Origin: Flavobacteriales bacterium
GTDB taxonomy: Bacteria > Bacteroidota > Bacteroidia > Flavobacteriales > TMED113
DNA length: 64,000 bases
Assembly: GCA_002701365.1 (NCBI GenBank)
Contig: NZUK01000002.1
Span: 46,195-110,194, forward strand
Direction: 5' to 3'
Shown here: one piece after another, positions 8,995 through 18,799 of the stretch
Numbering within the stretch: position 1 is the first letter of the stretch
How the letters are laid out: each line of letters begins with the position of its first letter
Program-made: the position numbers and the translations under genes
The notes under the pieces: model-generated
What the model was told of the DNA's origin: nothing
Database searches by the model: none
Seen by the model: the letters and a program-made list of their open reading frames with translations, nothing else

Positions 8995-10552
8995 TTTTTT
9001 TAAAATTAGAATCTGAAATTAATAATTTTGTATAGTATTTTCTATTATTAGAAAATAAATTTTTTGTTTTAAAACTATCAATAATAAGACCCTTTTTTAA
9101 AACAATAATTTTATCACACAAATAATAAATAGAATTAATATCATGAGAAATAAAAATAACAGTAATATTTAGTTTTTTATTTATAAAATATATCAAATTT
9201 AATATTGAAAATTGTGTTTCTATGTCTAATGCAGAAATAGACTCGTCAAAAACAATAATTTTAGGACTAGAAGCAAGAACACGAGCAATCGAAACCCTTT
9301 GTTTTTGACCCCCTGAAAGCTCATGAGGAAATCTATTTATTAAGGAAGTGTCTAAAGAAACAAACTTAAAAAGTTCTTTATCAGAGGTGTTAGTTTTATA
9401 TAGTTTTATAATCTCATTAACACTATCTCCAACAGTATATTTAGGGTTGAAAGTAAGAAAAGGATCTTGATATACCATTTGAACAGAAGATAAAAGAGAA
9501 AAAACAGAATCATTGTAATAAAAATCACCAGAATAATTTTTTTCGATACCACACAAAATTCTTCCAAGTGTTGTTTTTCCAGAACCAGAACCTCCAACAA
9601 CACCCAAACAATCACCACCAGAGATTTTTAGATTAATATTTTTTAAGGCAGTAAATTTTTTATTATTCTTTACATAAGAAAGGCTCACATTTTTTAAATC
9701 AAAGAGTTTTAATTTTTTTAAAAGAAGCGAGTTGTTTAAATTAAAATTAGATAAAGAAAAAGAGGTATCTATTTTTTTTTCTCGGATTTTATTTAAAATT
9801 TTATTTAAAGAAACAAGGTGCTCCACGGGCTTATTAGGTTTATTTTCAACAAAAAAACGGTCCTTAAAAACAATAACACGATCAGAGTAAAAATTTATTA
9901 AATCAAGATTGTGACTAATTAAAACAACAGAGAGATTTCTGGTTTTTTTTAAACTTAAAATAAGATCTAAAACCTCTTTTTGAACAGAGGGGTCTAAAGA
10001 CGTTGTTGGCTCATCAGCAATAAGTAGAACTGGCTCAGAAGCAAGAGCAATAGCTATTACAACTCTTTGTTTTTGTCCCCCCGAAAGTTCATGAGGAAAT
10101 GAATTAAAAACTTTTTCAGGGTTAGTAATACCAACCTCTTTTAAAACAACTAAACAATTTTTTTTTAAGTTACCTTTCTTTAATAAATAAAAAACTTCAC
10201 TCAACTGTTGACCGCAGGTTAAAACGGGATTTAAACTTGTAGCCGGGTCTTGAAAAACAAGAGAAATAAAGCGTAGGCGAAAATCATTCCAGTCAGATTT
10301 TTTTTTATTCAAAAGATTAAAAAAGGGTTTTTTTTGTTTTTTAAAAACAAAGGCCCGGTCTGCAGAACACTTAAAAACAGATCTGTTTAACAGGCCTAGA
10401 AGAAATAAAGAAAAAACCGACTTTCCTGATCCAGAATCACCAAAAAGCCCAACAATCTCACCAAAACGAACATTAAAATCAGAGCTACAAACGAGACTAT
10501 TACTACCCGCCGAAATAGATAAATTCTTTATATCAACAACAAAATCGGACAT
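8987..10552 (-). CDS. ABC transporter ATP-binding protein with two fused ATPase domains (Dpp/Opp/YejF-like)
   Basis: Two Walker A motifs (GDSGSGKS, GGSGSGKT), two LSGGQKQR signatures and two Walker B motifs (LLIADEPT, IIVFDES). There are no TM segments and no permease gene nearby. Confidence 0.85.
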   Translation of the reverse strand: MSDFVVDIKNLSISAGSNSLVCSSDFNVRFGEIVGLFGDSGSGKSVFSLFLLGLLNRSVFKCSADRAFVFKKQKKPFFNLLNKKKSDWNDFRLRFISLVFQDPATSLNPVLTCGQQLSEVFYLLKKGNLKKNCLVVLKEVGITNPEKVFNSFPHELSGGQKQRVVIAIALASEPVLLIADEPTTSLDPSVQKEVLDLILSLKKTRNLSVVLISHNLDLINFYSDRVIVFKDRFFVENKPNKPVEHLVSLNKILNKIREKKIDTSFSLSNFNLNNSLLLKKLKLFDLKNVSLSYVKNNKKFTALKNINLKISGGDCLGVVGGSGSGKTTLGRILCGIEKNYSGDFYYNDSVFSLLSSVQMVYQDPFLTFNPKYTVGDSVNEIIKLYKTNTSDKELFKFVSLDTSLINRFPHELSGGQKQRVSIARVLASSPKIIVFDESISALDIETQFSILNLIYFINKKLNITVIFISHDINSIYYLCDKIIVLKKGLIIDSFKTKNLFSNNRKYYTKLLISDSNFKKNV

Positions 10553-11707
10553 TTATGAAAAATCTTTAATAACCATTCGAATAATAAAGTCGAGGCTGTT
10601 TGTTAACATATAGTTTTCGATATTTTCAAAACCATCCTCAGACCTTCCTAAACGAACAAAAACAACATTTAATTCAGGAATAAAAACAACATATTGACCT
10701 AAAAAACCTCTAGCATAGTAAATAGTGTGATTTAAAACGCTAGCCGCCCACCACCCGTTTGAATAAAAATCAACTTGTTTGCTTGGATTTTCTCCATTAA
10801 TCAACAAAGGAGCAGACAACAACCAATTAAAATAACCTTCAGAAATAACACCCCTCCCAGAAGACAACATAAGTAAACCAATTTTTGAAAAATCACGAGC
10901 ACTACTATTAAAGCAGCAAAAGGTTTTTTCAAACCCATTTTTTGAATCAAGAGACCAGGCGGCATTGTTTGATGCTCCAATTTTTGACCACAAAACCTCA
11001 CTAGCAAAATCAGAAACACTTTTGCCAGTAGACCTGCTTAAAATAAAACCAAGTAGTTGAGTGTTTCCGCTGTTATAACGATAGGTAACACCAGGCGCCT
11101 CAGTAAAACCCCGCCTTAACAAAACACTAAAAAGATCATCACCATAATAAGCCTTTGCTGTTACACTTATCGGTTTTTTATAATTTTCTAACCAGTCGAA
11201 ACCCGAAGACATGTTTAATAAATGACGAATTTTCACATCGTGATTTTTATAAGGAGAAAGCTCTGGAAGAAAATCAAAAATACTTTGATTAACACTTTTA
11301 ATATATCCACTATCTATAGCACAACCAACCAACAAGGACACAATGCTTTTTGCAATAGAAAAAGAGTTGCTCAAAGAGTCTAACCCACCATCATCCCAGT
11401 ACTTTTCTAAACGAACACTATCGTCTTTAATAACTAAAAACGCAGAAGTTTCAATAGAGTTTAACATATTGAGTAAAGAGTCGTTTTCTAAAGAGTCAAG
11501 GTAGTTTGAGGCCAAGGGCAAAGGCTTAGGACTAGGGGCTAAAACAGACCGAGTATTAAAAAAGTTAAAATCATCGATTTGAGCAGAGGTTTCGCCCCTC
11601 AGATAAGTTTGTTTAATTCCTGGAAATAAATAAAAAAGATCAAAAACAACAACACAGAAGCATGCACAAAAAATAAAGAATAAAAAAAAACGGTTTTTCA
11701 AAATCAA
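10553..11707 (-). CDS. Serine hydrolase, beta-lactamase class C / PBP-related family
   Basis: N-terminal TM or signal segment and an S-x-x-K motif (FSIAKS). Length and layout are typical of beta-lactamase-related serine hydrolases. It has a TTG start overlapping the lipB stop and abuts the ABC gene start. Confidence 0.7.
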   Translation of the reverse strand: MILKNRFFLFFIFCACFCVVVFDLFYLFPGIKQTYLRGETSAQIDDFNFFNTRSVLAPSPKPLPLASNYLDSLENDSLLNMLNSIETSAFLVIKDDSVRLEKYWDDGGLDSLSNSFSIAKSIVSLLVGCAIDSGYIKSVNQSIFDFLPELSPYKNHDVKIRHLLNMSSGFDWLENYKKPISVTAKAYYGDDLFSVLLRRGFTEAPGVTYRYNSGNTQLLGFILSRSTGKSVSDFASEVLWSKIGASNNAAWSLDSKNGFEKTFCCFNSSARDFSKIGLLMLSSGRGVISEGYFNWLLSAPLLINGENPSKQVDFYSNGWWAASVLNHTIYYARGFLGQYVVFIPELNVVFVRLGRSEDGFENIENYMLTNSLDFIIRMVIKDFS

Positions 11708-12381
11708 TCTACAATTTTACAATTAAAAACTTCTTGAAAACAGGACCTAAAGCTTTCTTCAACAGCTAAAAAATTAACGCTTTTTCCAAGCTCATTGTTT
11801 AAAGAGGTTACCCCCTTGTCTGTTATTCCACAAGGAATAATACTATTAAAATAAGACAAATCAACATCAACATTAAAAGCTAGACCATGCATAGTAACCC
11901 ACCGACTTGTTCTAACCCCCATGGCGCAAATTTTTTTGTAACCAACTTTTTGGTCCCCAAGCCAAACGCCCGTTGAATCATTAATTCGAAAGCCACTAAG
12001 GTTGTGTTTTTTTAAGACCAATATAACAACCTCCTCTAAAAAACGTAAATACTTATGAATGTCTGTAAAAAAATTATCTAAATCTAGTATTGGATAAATA
12101 ACAAGTTGCCCAGGGCCATGATAAGTTATATCCCCCCCCCGATTTATTTTATAAAAACTAGCATCACGACTTTTTAACCCCTCGCTGTTTAACAGCAAAT
12201 GTTCCGCTTTACCGCTTTTTCCTAGCGTGTATACATGGGGGTGTTGACAAAAAATAATATAATTTTCAGTTTTTAACCCCTCACGTTTTTTTTTAATAAT
12301 AGAGTTTAAAAGGTCTTCTTGAACACCCCAAGCCTCTTTAAAGTCTATAATTCCTAAATTTTTAAAAAAAACACTATTCAT
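11704..12381 (-). CDS. lipB: Lipoyl(octanoyl) transferase
   Basis: Motifs RGGDITYHGPGQLVIYP and KICAMGV, with the typical length of about 225 aa. Confidence 0.9.
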   Translation of the reverse strand: MNSVFFKNLGIIDFKEAWGVQEDLLNSIIKKKREGLKTENYIIFCQHPHVYTLGKSGKAEHLLLNSEGLKSRDASFYKINRGGDITYHGPGQLVIYPILDLDNFFTDIHKYLRFLEEVVILVLKKHNLSGFRINDSTGVWLGDQKVGYKKICAMGVRTSRWVTMHGLAFNVDVDLSYFNSIIPCGITDKGVTSLNNELGKSVNFLAVEESFRSCFQEVFNCKIVD

Positions 12382-12399
12382 TTCTAATATGAATATAAC

Positions 12400-12407
12400 T
12401 ATATTTG
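12400..12407 (+). promoter_or_regulatory. Candidate -7 box (TAnnTTTG) for lysS
   Basis: TATATTTG ends 20 nt before the GTG start of lysS, in the divergent lipB/lysS spacer. Confidence 0.4.
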
Positions 12408-12427
12408 GTTAATATTAATTTTAAGAC

Positions 12428-13939
12428 GTGGAAAAACATACAGAACAAGAAATAATAAGAAGAAATTCTTTAGAAAAAATAAAAGAAAAAGGCATAAATC
12501 CGTATCCGGCAGAAGAATATATAATAAGCACTAATAGCGCGGAAATAAAGTCAAATTTCTCACCCAAAGAAACCCCGCCCTTAAATATTAGTATTGCGGG
12601 TAGAATAATGGGACGTAGAATAATGGGTAAGGCTTCGTTTGTTGAAATAAAAGATGAAAAAGGAAGAATACAGGTATATGTAAATAGAGATGAAATTTGT
12701 CCTCAAGAAGATAAAACAATGTATAATGAAGTGTTTAAAAAATACTTAGACATAGGTGATATTATTGGAGTCACAGGAGATGTTTTTATAACAAAAGTCG
12801 GAGAGATAAGTGTAAAAGCTAAAACAATTAAAATTTTATCAAAATCATTAAAACCACTACCTATTGTAAAAATAGACTCAACAGGAGAAAAACACGATGA
12901 TTTTAAAAACACAGAACTTCGATACCGACAAAGATCACTAGACTTAATGGTTAACGATGACTCATGGAAAACTTTTGAAAAAAGAACACAACTAATAAAT
13001 AGCATTAGAAACATTTTAAACAAACAAGGATATATGGAAGTTGAAACACCCATCTTGCAACCAATTGCAGGTGGTGCTGCGGCAAGACCATTTATCACAC
13101 ACCACAACACCTTAGACATGCCTCTTTATTTAAGAATAGCTAATGAGCTATATTTAAAGAGGCTTATTGTTGGCGGAAAACATGGTGTTTATGAGTTTGC
13201 AAAAGATTTTAGAAACGAAGGAATGGATAGAACGCATAATCCAGAGTTCACAATGTTAGAATTTTATGTTGCCTACAAGGACTACAAGTGGATGATGGGT
13301 TTTATAGAAAAAATGTTTGAAAAAGTAGCAAAAGAAGTTTGTGGAGAAACAAAAATAAAATACGATAACCAAGAAATAGAATTAAAGGGGCCATATAAGA
13401 AAATTGCATTTTTTGATGCAATTCAAGAAAAAACAGGCCAAAATATTTCTAATATGACAAACGAAGAGCTAACAAGGTATTGTAAGTCTAAGAAAATAGA
13501 AACCAACAGCTCAATGGGTAGAGGGAAGCTTTTTGACTCGATTTTTGGAGAGTTTTGCGAAAAAGACTTAATACAACCAACATACATAACAGACTATCCA
13601 GTAGAAATGTCACCATTAACAAAAAAACATAGAGAAAAAAAGGGCCTTACAGAGAGATTTGAACTGTTTATAAATGGAAAGGAAATAGCAAATGCATATT
13701 CAGAACAAAACAACCCAATTGAACAAAGAAAAAGCTTTGAAGAGCAAGTAAAACTTTCCGAAAAAGGGGACGACGAAGCAATGTTAATAGACAATCACTT
13801 TTTAACGGCACTAGAATATGGAATGCCGCCAACATCCGGAATAGGCATAGGAATAGACAGGTTAACAATGCTATTAACAAACAAAAAAACAATTCAAGAT
13901 GTTTTGTTTTTTCCACAAATGAAACCAGAAAAAAAATGA
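12428..13939 (+). CDS. lysS: Lysyl-tRNA synthetase, class II
   Basis: GTG start. OB-fold N-domain, class II motif 2 region DFRNEGMDRTHNPEFTMLE and motif 3 GIGIGIDRLTMLL. Confidence 0.95.
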   Translation: MEKHTEQEIIRRNSLEKIKEKGINPYPAEEYIISTNSAEIKSNFSPKETPPLNISIAGRIMGRRIMGKASFVEIKDEKGRIQVYVNRDEICPQEDKTMYNEVFKKYLDIGDIIGVTGDVFITKVGEISVKAKTIKILSKSLKPLPIVKIDSTGEKHDDFKNTELRYRQRSLDLMVNDDSWKTFEKRTQLINSIRNILNKQGYMEVETPILQPIAGGAAARPFITHHNTLDMPLYLRIANELYLKRLIVGGKHGVYEFAKDFRNEGMDRTHNPEFTMLEFYVAYKDYKWMMGFIEKMFEKVAKEVCGETKIKYDNQEIELKGPYKKIAFFDAIQEKTGQNISNMTNEELTRYCKSKKIETNSSMGRGKLFDSIFGEFCEKDLIQPTYITDYPVEMSPLTKKHREKKGLTERFELFINGKEIANAYSEQNNPIEQRKSFEEQVKLSEKGDDEAMLIDNHFLTALEYGMPPTSGIGIGIDRLTMLLTNKKTIQDVLFFPQMKPEKK

Positions 13940-14355
13940 AAATAACAATAGGCTCAGATCATGCTGGCGTAGACTATAAATTAAAAATAAAAATACACCT
14001 AGAGAAACAAAACCACAAAGTAAAAGACGTGGGAACCTTTGGGAAAGATAGTGTTGATTATCCCGACTATGCTCACTTGGTGTCCAAAGATGTTTCAGAG
14101 CAAAAAAGTCTAGGTATATTGATATGTGGTAGTGGAAATGGCGTTAGTATGGCAGCAAACAAGCATAAAAACATAAGGGCCGCCCTTTGTTGGAATAAAG
14201 AAATATCAAAACTTGCAAGACAACATAATGACGCAAATATAATTTCACTTCCATCCAGGTTCCTCTCTGTAAAAGACTGTATAGAACTTGTGGAGGTGTT
14301 TATTAATGAGCCTTTTGAAGGAGGGCGTCATGAAAAAAGAGTAAAAAAAATTTAA
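13936..14355 (+). CDS. rpiB: Ribose-5-phosphate isomerase B
   Basis: KITIGSDHAGVDYK and ICGSGNGVSMAANK motifs in a 139-aa protein. It overlaps lysS by 4 nt. Confidence 0.9.
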   Translation: MKITIGSDHAGVDYKLKIKIHLEKQNHKVKDVGTFGKDSVDYPDYAHLVSKDVSEQKSLGILICGSGNGVSMAANKHKNIRAALCWNKEISKLARQHNDANIISLPSRFLSVKDCIELVEVFINEPFEGGRHEKRVKKI

Positions 14356-14358
14356 AAA

Positions 14359-15945
14359 ATGAAAAAAACAATAACAACAACAATAACAGCCTTATTATTA
14401 ATAACAAATATTGTTGGACAAACCCAATCAACAGTAATCAAGCGGGGCCTTTCCCCACAAAAAATAGGTGAGCAAATAACAAAAAAGGAACTAAAGAAAC
14501 ATATTTTAATTTTAGCCTCGGACTCTTTGGAAGGAAGAGAAGTGGGCAAGCCAGGAGAGTTAATGGCGGCAAACTATATCGCTAATCACTTTAAAAAAAT
14601 AGGAATACCACCATATAAAAACTCGACATACTACCAAGAAATACCCCTTCACCAAACAACAATAAAGGATGTTTATTTAAAAATAAACAACACAGAATTA
14701 AAATTCAAAAAAGAATTTTATACATATCCAAACTTTAATGAAACAGAAATAATAGAACAAGAAATTGTTTTTTTGGGCTACGGAATAGAATCAAAAAACT
14801 ACAACGATTACAATATAAATGTAGAAGGAAGAGTGATTGCGATTCTTAACGGGGAGCCCAAAAATGAACAAGGAAAATATATTGTTTCAGGGGGGGGGCA
14901 AAAAAGCCCAGAGTCTAATTGGAAGTTTAAGTTAAAAACAGCAAAATCTAAAGGAGTGAAGGCTGTTATCTTTATTTCAGAAAACTATGATGGCGACTAT
15001 GAAAAAGTAGAACACAAAATAGAACACCCAGGAGTTTCTTTAATGGACAAAGAAGACCCAGTACCATTTGTTTATGTGGGCGTAAAAACAGCAAATCTAA
15101 TTCTAGGAAAAAATAAATTAGAAAAAATAAAGAATAAAATAAAAACGAAACAAAGACCAATACATAAAAAAACACAAAACAGTATTGTTTTAAGAACACA
15201 AAATAATTCATCAAAGTTTACAGGAAAAAATGTACTAGGATTTATAGAGGGCTCGGATCCGGAATTAAAAAATGAAATTATTGTAATAACTGCTCACTAT
15301 GACCACATAGGCATTATTGATGGCCTGATCCATAACGGTGCAGACGACAATGCAACAGGAACGGCTGCTGTTTTAGAGATTGCTAAAGCCTTTCAAATGG
15401 CCAAAAAACTAGGTGTTAACTTTAAAAGAAGCATTTTGTGTATGCCAAATTCTGCAGAAGAAAAAGGATTATTAGGCTCCTATTACTACGTGGAAAACCC
15501 AGAGTTTCCAATAAACAACACAATAGCCTGTTTAAATGTAGACATGATAGGAAGAATGGACGAACTCCACCCAAAAGACAGTAATTATGTTTACCTAATT
15601 GGCGCAGACAAACTAAGCACAGATCTCCACAATATTTCAGAGTCAGCAAATAAAAAGCACGTAAAAATGGATATAGATTATACATTTAATGACCCAAAAG
15701 ATCCAAATAGATTTTATTATAGATCAGATCATTATAATTTTGCCAAAAAAAATATTCCATCAATATTTTATTTTAGCGGTGTCCATGAAGATTATCATAA
15801 ACACACTGATACGACAGAAAAAATAATATATGAAAAAGTTGAAAAAATAACGAAACTAATTTTCTACACAGCATGGGAGCTTGCTAATGCAACAGAACGC
15901 CCAAAGGTTGACAAAACCAACACATTTAATCTTAACAGGTATTAA
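14359..15945 (+). CDS. Secreted M28-family aminopeptidase with PA domain
   Basis: Signal peptide. Zinc-ligand regions HYDHIG, GADDNATGTAAVLE, EEKGLLGS and a later DH motif. Confidence 0.8.
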   Translation: MKKTITTTITALLLITNIVGQTQSTVIKRGLSPQKIGEQITKKELKKHILILASDSLEGREVGKPGELMAANYIANHFKKIGIPPYKNSTYYQEIPLHQTTIKDVYLKINNTELKFKKEFYTYPNFNETEIIEQEIVFLGYGIESKNYNDYNINVEGRVIAILNGEPKNEQGKYIVSGGGQKSPESNWKFKLKTAKSKGVKAVIFISENYDGDYEKVEHKIEHPGVSLMDKEDPVPFVYVGVKTANLILGKNKLEKIKNKIKTKQRPIHKKTQNSIVLRTQNNSSKFTGKNVLGFIEGSDPELKNEIIVITAHYDHIGIIDGLIHNGADDNATGTAAVLEIAKAFQMAKKLGVNFKRSILCMPNSAEEKGLLGSYYYVENPEFPINNTIACLNVDMIGRMDELHPKDSNYVYLIGADKLSTDLHNISESANKKHVKMDIDYTFNDPKDPNRFYYRSDHYNFAKKNIPSIFYFSGVHEDYHKHTDTTEKIIYEKVEKITKLIFYTAWELANATERPKVDKTNTFNLNRY

Positions 15946-17465
15946 AAATCAAATTTTATTCCTTGTGCTAGAGGTAGGTCAGAAGAATAATTAATTGTAT
16001 TAGTTTGCCTTCTCATATAGGCTTTCCAAGCGTCTGAGCCAGACTCTCTTCCTCCACCAGTTTCCTTTTCCCCACCAAAAGCACCACCAATTTCTGCCCC
16101 AGAAGTTCCAATATTTACATTTGCAATTCCACAATCAGAACCAGCGTGAGATAAAAACTTTTCAGACTCACGAACACTATTTGTTATAATAGCAGAAGAC
16201 AATCCTTGAGGAACATTGTTTTGCATATCTATCGCCTCTTCCAAGGAGCTATACTTCATTAAGTATAGTATTGGAGCAAAAGTTTCTGTTTGTACAATTT
16301 TTTTATGGTTTTCTACTTCAGCAATAACAGGCTTAACATAACAACCAGAAACATAATGATCGCCAGACAAAACCCCGCCATCAACAACAATATTTCCACA
16401 CTTTTTAATTTCATCTATTGCTCCCAAATAAAGACGCACAGCATCTTTGTCAATTAAAGGGCCCATGTGGTTTTTTTCATCTAAAGGGTCACCAACGCTT
16501 AGTTGCTTATACGCGCTGATCAACTTATTTTTTACAGAATCATAAATTGATTCGTGGACAATCAGCCTTCTTGTGCTGGTGCAGCGTTGACCCGCAGTTC
16601 CAACAGCGCCAAAAACAACACCAATAATTGCAATATTTAAATCAGCCTCAGGACTTACTATAACAGCATTGTTGCCACCTAGCTCCAAAATAGACTTTCC
16701 AAACCTTTCTGCAACAGTTGCCCCAACAATGCGTCCCATTCTAGTAGATCCAGTTGCCGAAACCAAAGGAATTCTTGGGTCTTTTGTCAACCACTCTCCT
16801 ACTAAGTGATCACCATTAATTAAACAACACACACCTTCAGGGAGATTATTGTTTTTTAAAACGGTAGCCATAATTTTTTGACAAGCAATTGCACAAAACG
16901 GTGTTTTTTCGGAAGGCTTCCAAATACACACGTCACCACAAACCCAAGCTAAGGCCGAGTTCCACGCCCACACAGCCACAGGGAAGTTAAAAGCAGAAAT
17001 AATACCGACAACACCAAGCGGATGATATTGCTCATACATTCTATGCTGGCTTCTTTCAGAGTGTAAGGTAATTCCACATAATTGACGAGATAAACCAACG
17101 GCAAAATCACAAATATCTATCATTTCTTGAACCTCGCCCAAACCCTCCTGATAAGACTTTCCCATTTCATAAGAAACAAGTTTTCCTAGCGCAAGTTTAT
17201 TTTTTCTTAACTCTTCTCCAAATTGCCGAACAATCTCACCCCTTTTCGGGGCAGGCATCAACCTCCAAAATTTAAAAGCAGACTGAGCAGAAGACAATAC
17301 GTTTTCAAATTCTTCTTGAGAAGTTTGCTTTACGTGGCCAATTAATTTACCATCAACAGGAGAGTGTGAGTTAATTTTCCTATCTCCCAAATCACTCCAA
17401 ACCAAACCAGTAGAAGTTCCAGCCTCATTCACCTTTAATCCTAAACTATTTAATATATTTTCCAT
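15942..17465 (-). CDS. Aldehyde dehydrogenase, ALDH7/piperideine-6-carboxylate dehydrogenase-like
   Basis: Catalytic ELGGNNA and GQRCTSTRR motifs. PAPKRGEIVRQ is an antiquitin-like N-terminal motif. Confidence 0.8.
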   Translation of the reverse strand: MENILNSLGLKVNEAGTSTGLVWSDLGDRKINSHSPVDGKLIGHVKQTSQEEFENVLSSAQSAFKFWRLMPAPKRGEIVRQFGEELRKNKLALGKLVSYEMGKSYQEGLGEVQEMIDICDFAVGLSRQLCGITLHSERSQHRMYEQYHPLGVVGIISAFNFPVAVWAWNSALAWVCGDVCIWKPSEKTPFCAIACQKIMATVLKNNNLPEGVCCLINGDHLVGEWLTKDPRIPLVSATGSTRMGRIVGATVAERFGKSILELGGNNAVIVSPEADLNIAIIGVVFGAVGTAGQRCTSTRRLIVHESIYDSVKNKLISAYKQLSVGDPLDEKNHMGPLIDKDAVRLYLGAIDEIKKCGNIVVDGGVLSGDHYVSGCYVKPVIAEVENHKKIVQTETFAPILYLMKYSSLEEAIDMQNNVPQGLSSAIITNSVRESEKFLSHAGSDCGIANVNIGTSGAEIGGAFGGEKETGGGRESGSDAWKAYMRRQTNTINYSSDLPLAQGIKFDF

Positions 17466-17476
17466 AATCTATTTAA

Positions 17477-18799
17477 TTAATTAAACAATCGTATAACATC
17501 CATTCCGTTTGCATATATTAATAAAGCAAATAACATAACCATGCCAGCAACCTGAAGGGGCATTAATATTTTTACGGGCAACTTTTTACCTGTTAGCATT
17601 TCTCCTATAGCAATGAGTGCGTGCCCACCGTCTAATGCCGGAATAGGCAAAAGGTTCATAATAGCCAGAATAATAGACAGCAATGCTGTCATAGACCAAA
17701 AAACAAACCAATTCCATTCACCAGGAAACATTTTACCAATACTAATAACACCACCAACATGCTTGTAGCCCCCTGTTTTAGGATTAAAAATAGTTTTAAC
17801 CTGCCCCCAATACATGGTTGTCATATTTTTTGTTTTGACAAAACCAGCTGGAAATGATTGTAAAAACGAGAATGATCGAGTTTTTTCATATTTTTTAGTA
17901 GAGGGAATTACTCCAAGAAAACCATCTTCAGACAAAGGAACAGATAATTCTTTAATGTCGCCATCTCGAAGAATGGTTAATAAAATACTTTGATTAGCTT
18001 GAGATTGTAAATACTCCCGAATTTCGTTATTGTAGAAAGAGGTTTTCATTTTATTAATCAAGGTTATTTGGTCGCCTACTTTAAGACCATGTTTTTCCCC
18101 CAAAGAACCTGGCACAAAACCACCAACAATCCACTGAATATTGGGCTCAATTAAATTTCCAGAAAAACTACTAATATCATTAATAACCCTATTTACAGAA
18201 TTGGGGTCTATCTCCAGGGTCATACTTTTTTTAGACCTAATTAATTGGATCTCTTTGGCTCCTTCAAAAAGGATAGAGCTAGCAAGACTCATCGGGTCAT
18301 ATTCGATTAATTCAGCGCCATCAACAGCTGTTAAAATATCGCCGTCAACAAATCCGAGCATTTCTCCCCCTTCATTAAAAGAAAAACCATCATCCAATGC
18401 TTTTATCGGCATATAAGTTTCGCCCCAGGAAAACAAAATCATACTGTAAATAAACCAGGCTAATAAAATATTTACCACTACACCACCCAGCATAACTATA
18501 AGTCTTTGCCAAGCCGGCTTAGCCCTCAGCTCCCATGGTTCAGGAGGGGTGTCAAGATTAGAGTCATCCATAGACTCATCTACAAAACCTGAAATTTTAA
18601 CATATCCACCCAAAGGCAACCAGCCCAAACCAAATTCCGTTTCACCAATTTTTCTTTTAAAAATAGCAAACTTCCAGTCCATAAACAGATAAAATTTTTC
18701 TACTCGACAACCAAACATTTTTGCTGTAATGTAGTGTCCAAACTCGTGTAAAACAACAAGTATTGATAAACTTAAAAGAAGTTGAATGGCTTGAATCAT
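17477..18799 (-). CDS. rseP: RIP (site-2) zinc metalloprotease RseP
   Basis: HEFGHY zinc motif, a central PDZ-like region and the C-terminal NLLPIPALDGGH motif. Multi-TM protein. Confidence 0.85.
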   Translation of the reverse strand: MIQAIQLLLSLSILVVLHEFGHYITAKMFGCRVEKFYLFMDWKFAIFKRKIGETEFGLGWLPLGGYVKISGFVDESMDDSNLDTPPEPWELRAKPAWQRLIVMLGGVVVNILLAWFIYSMILFSWGETYMPIKALDDGFSFNEGGEMLGFVDGDILTAVDGAELIEYDPMSLASSILFEGAKEIQLIRSKKSMTLEIDPNSVNRVINDISSFSGNLIEPNIQWIVGGFVPGSLGEKHGLKVGDQITLINKMKTSFYNNEIREYLQSQANQSILLTILRDGDIKELSVPLSEDGFLGVIPSTKKYEKTRSFSFLQSFPAGFVKTKNMTTMYWGQVKTIFNPKTGGYKHVGGVISIGKMFPGEWNWFVFWSMTALLSIILAIMNLLPIPALDGGHALIAIGEMLTGKKLPVKILMPLQVAGMVMLFALLIYANGMDVIRLFN

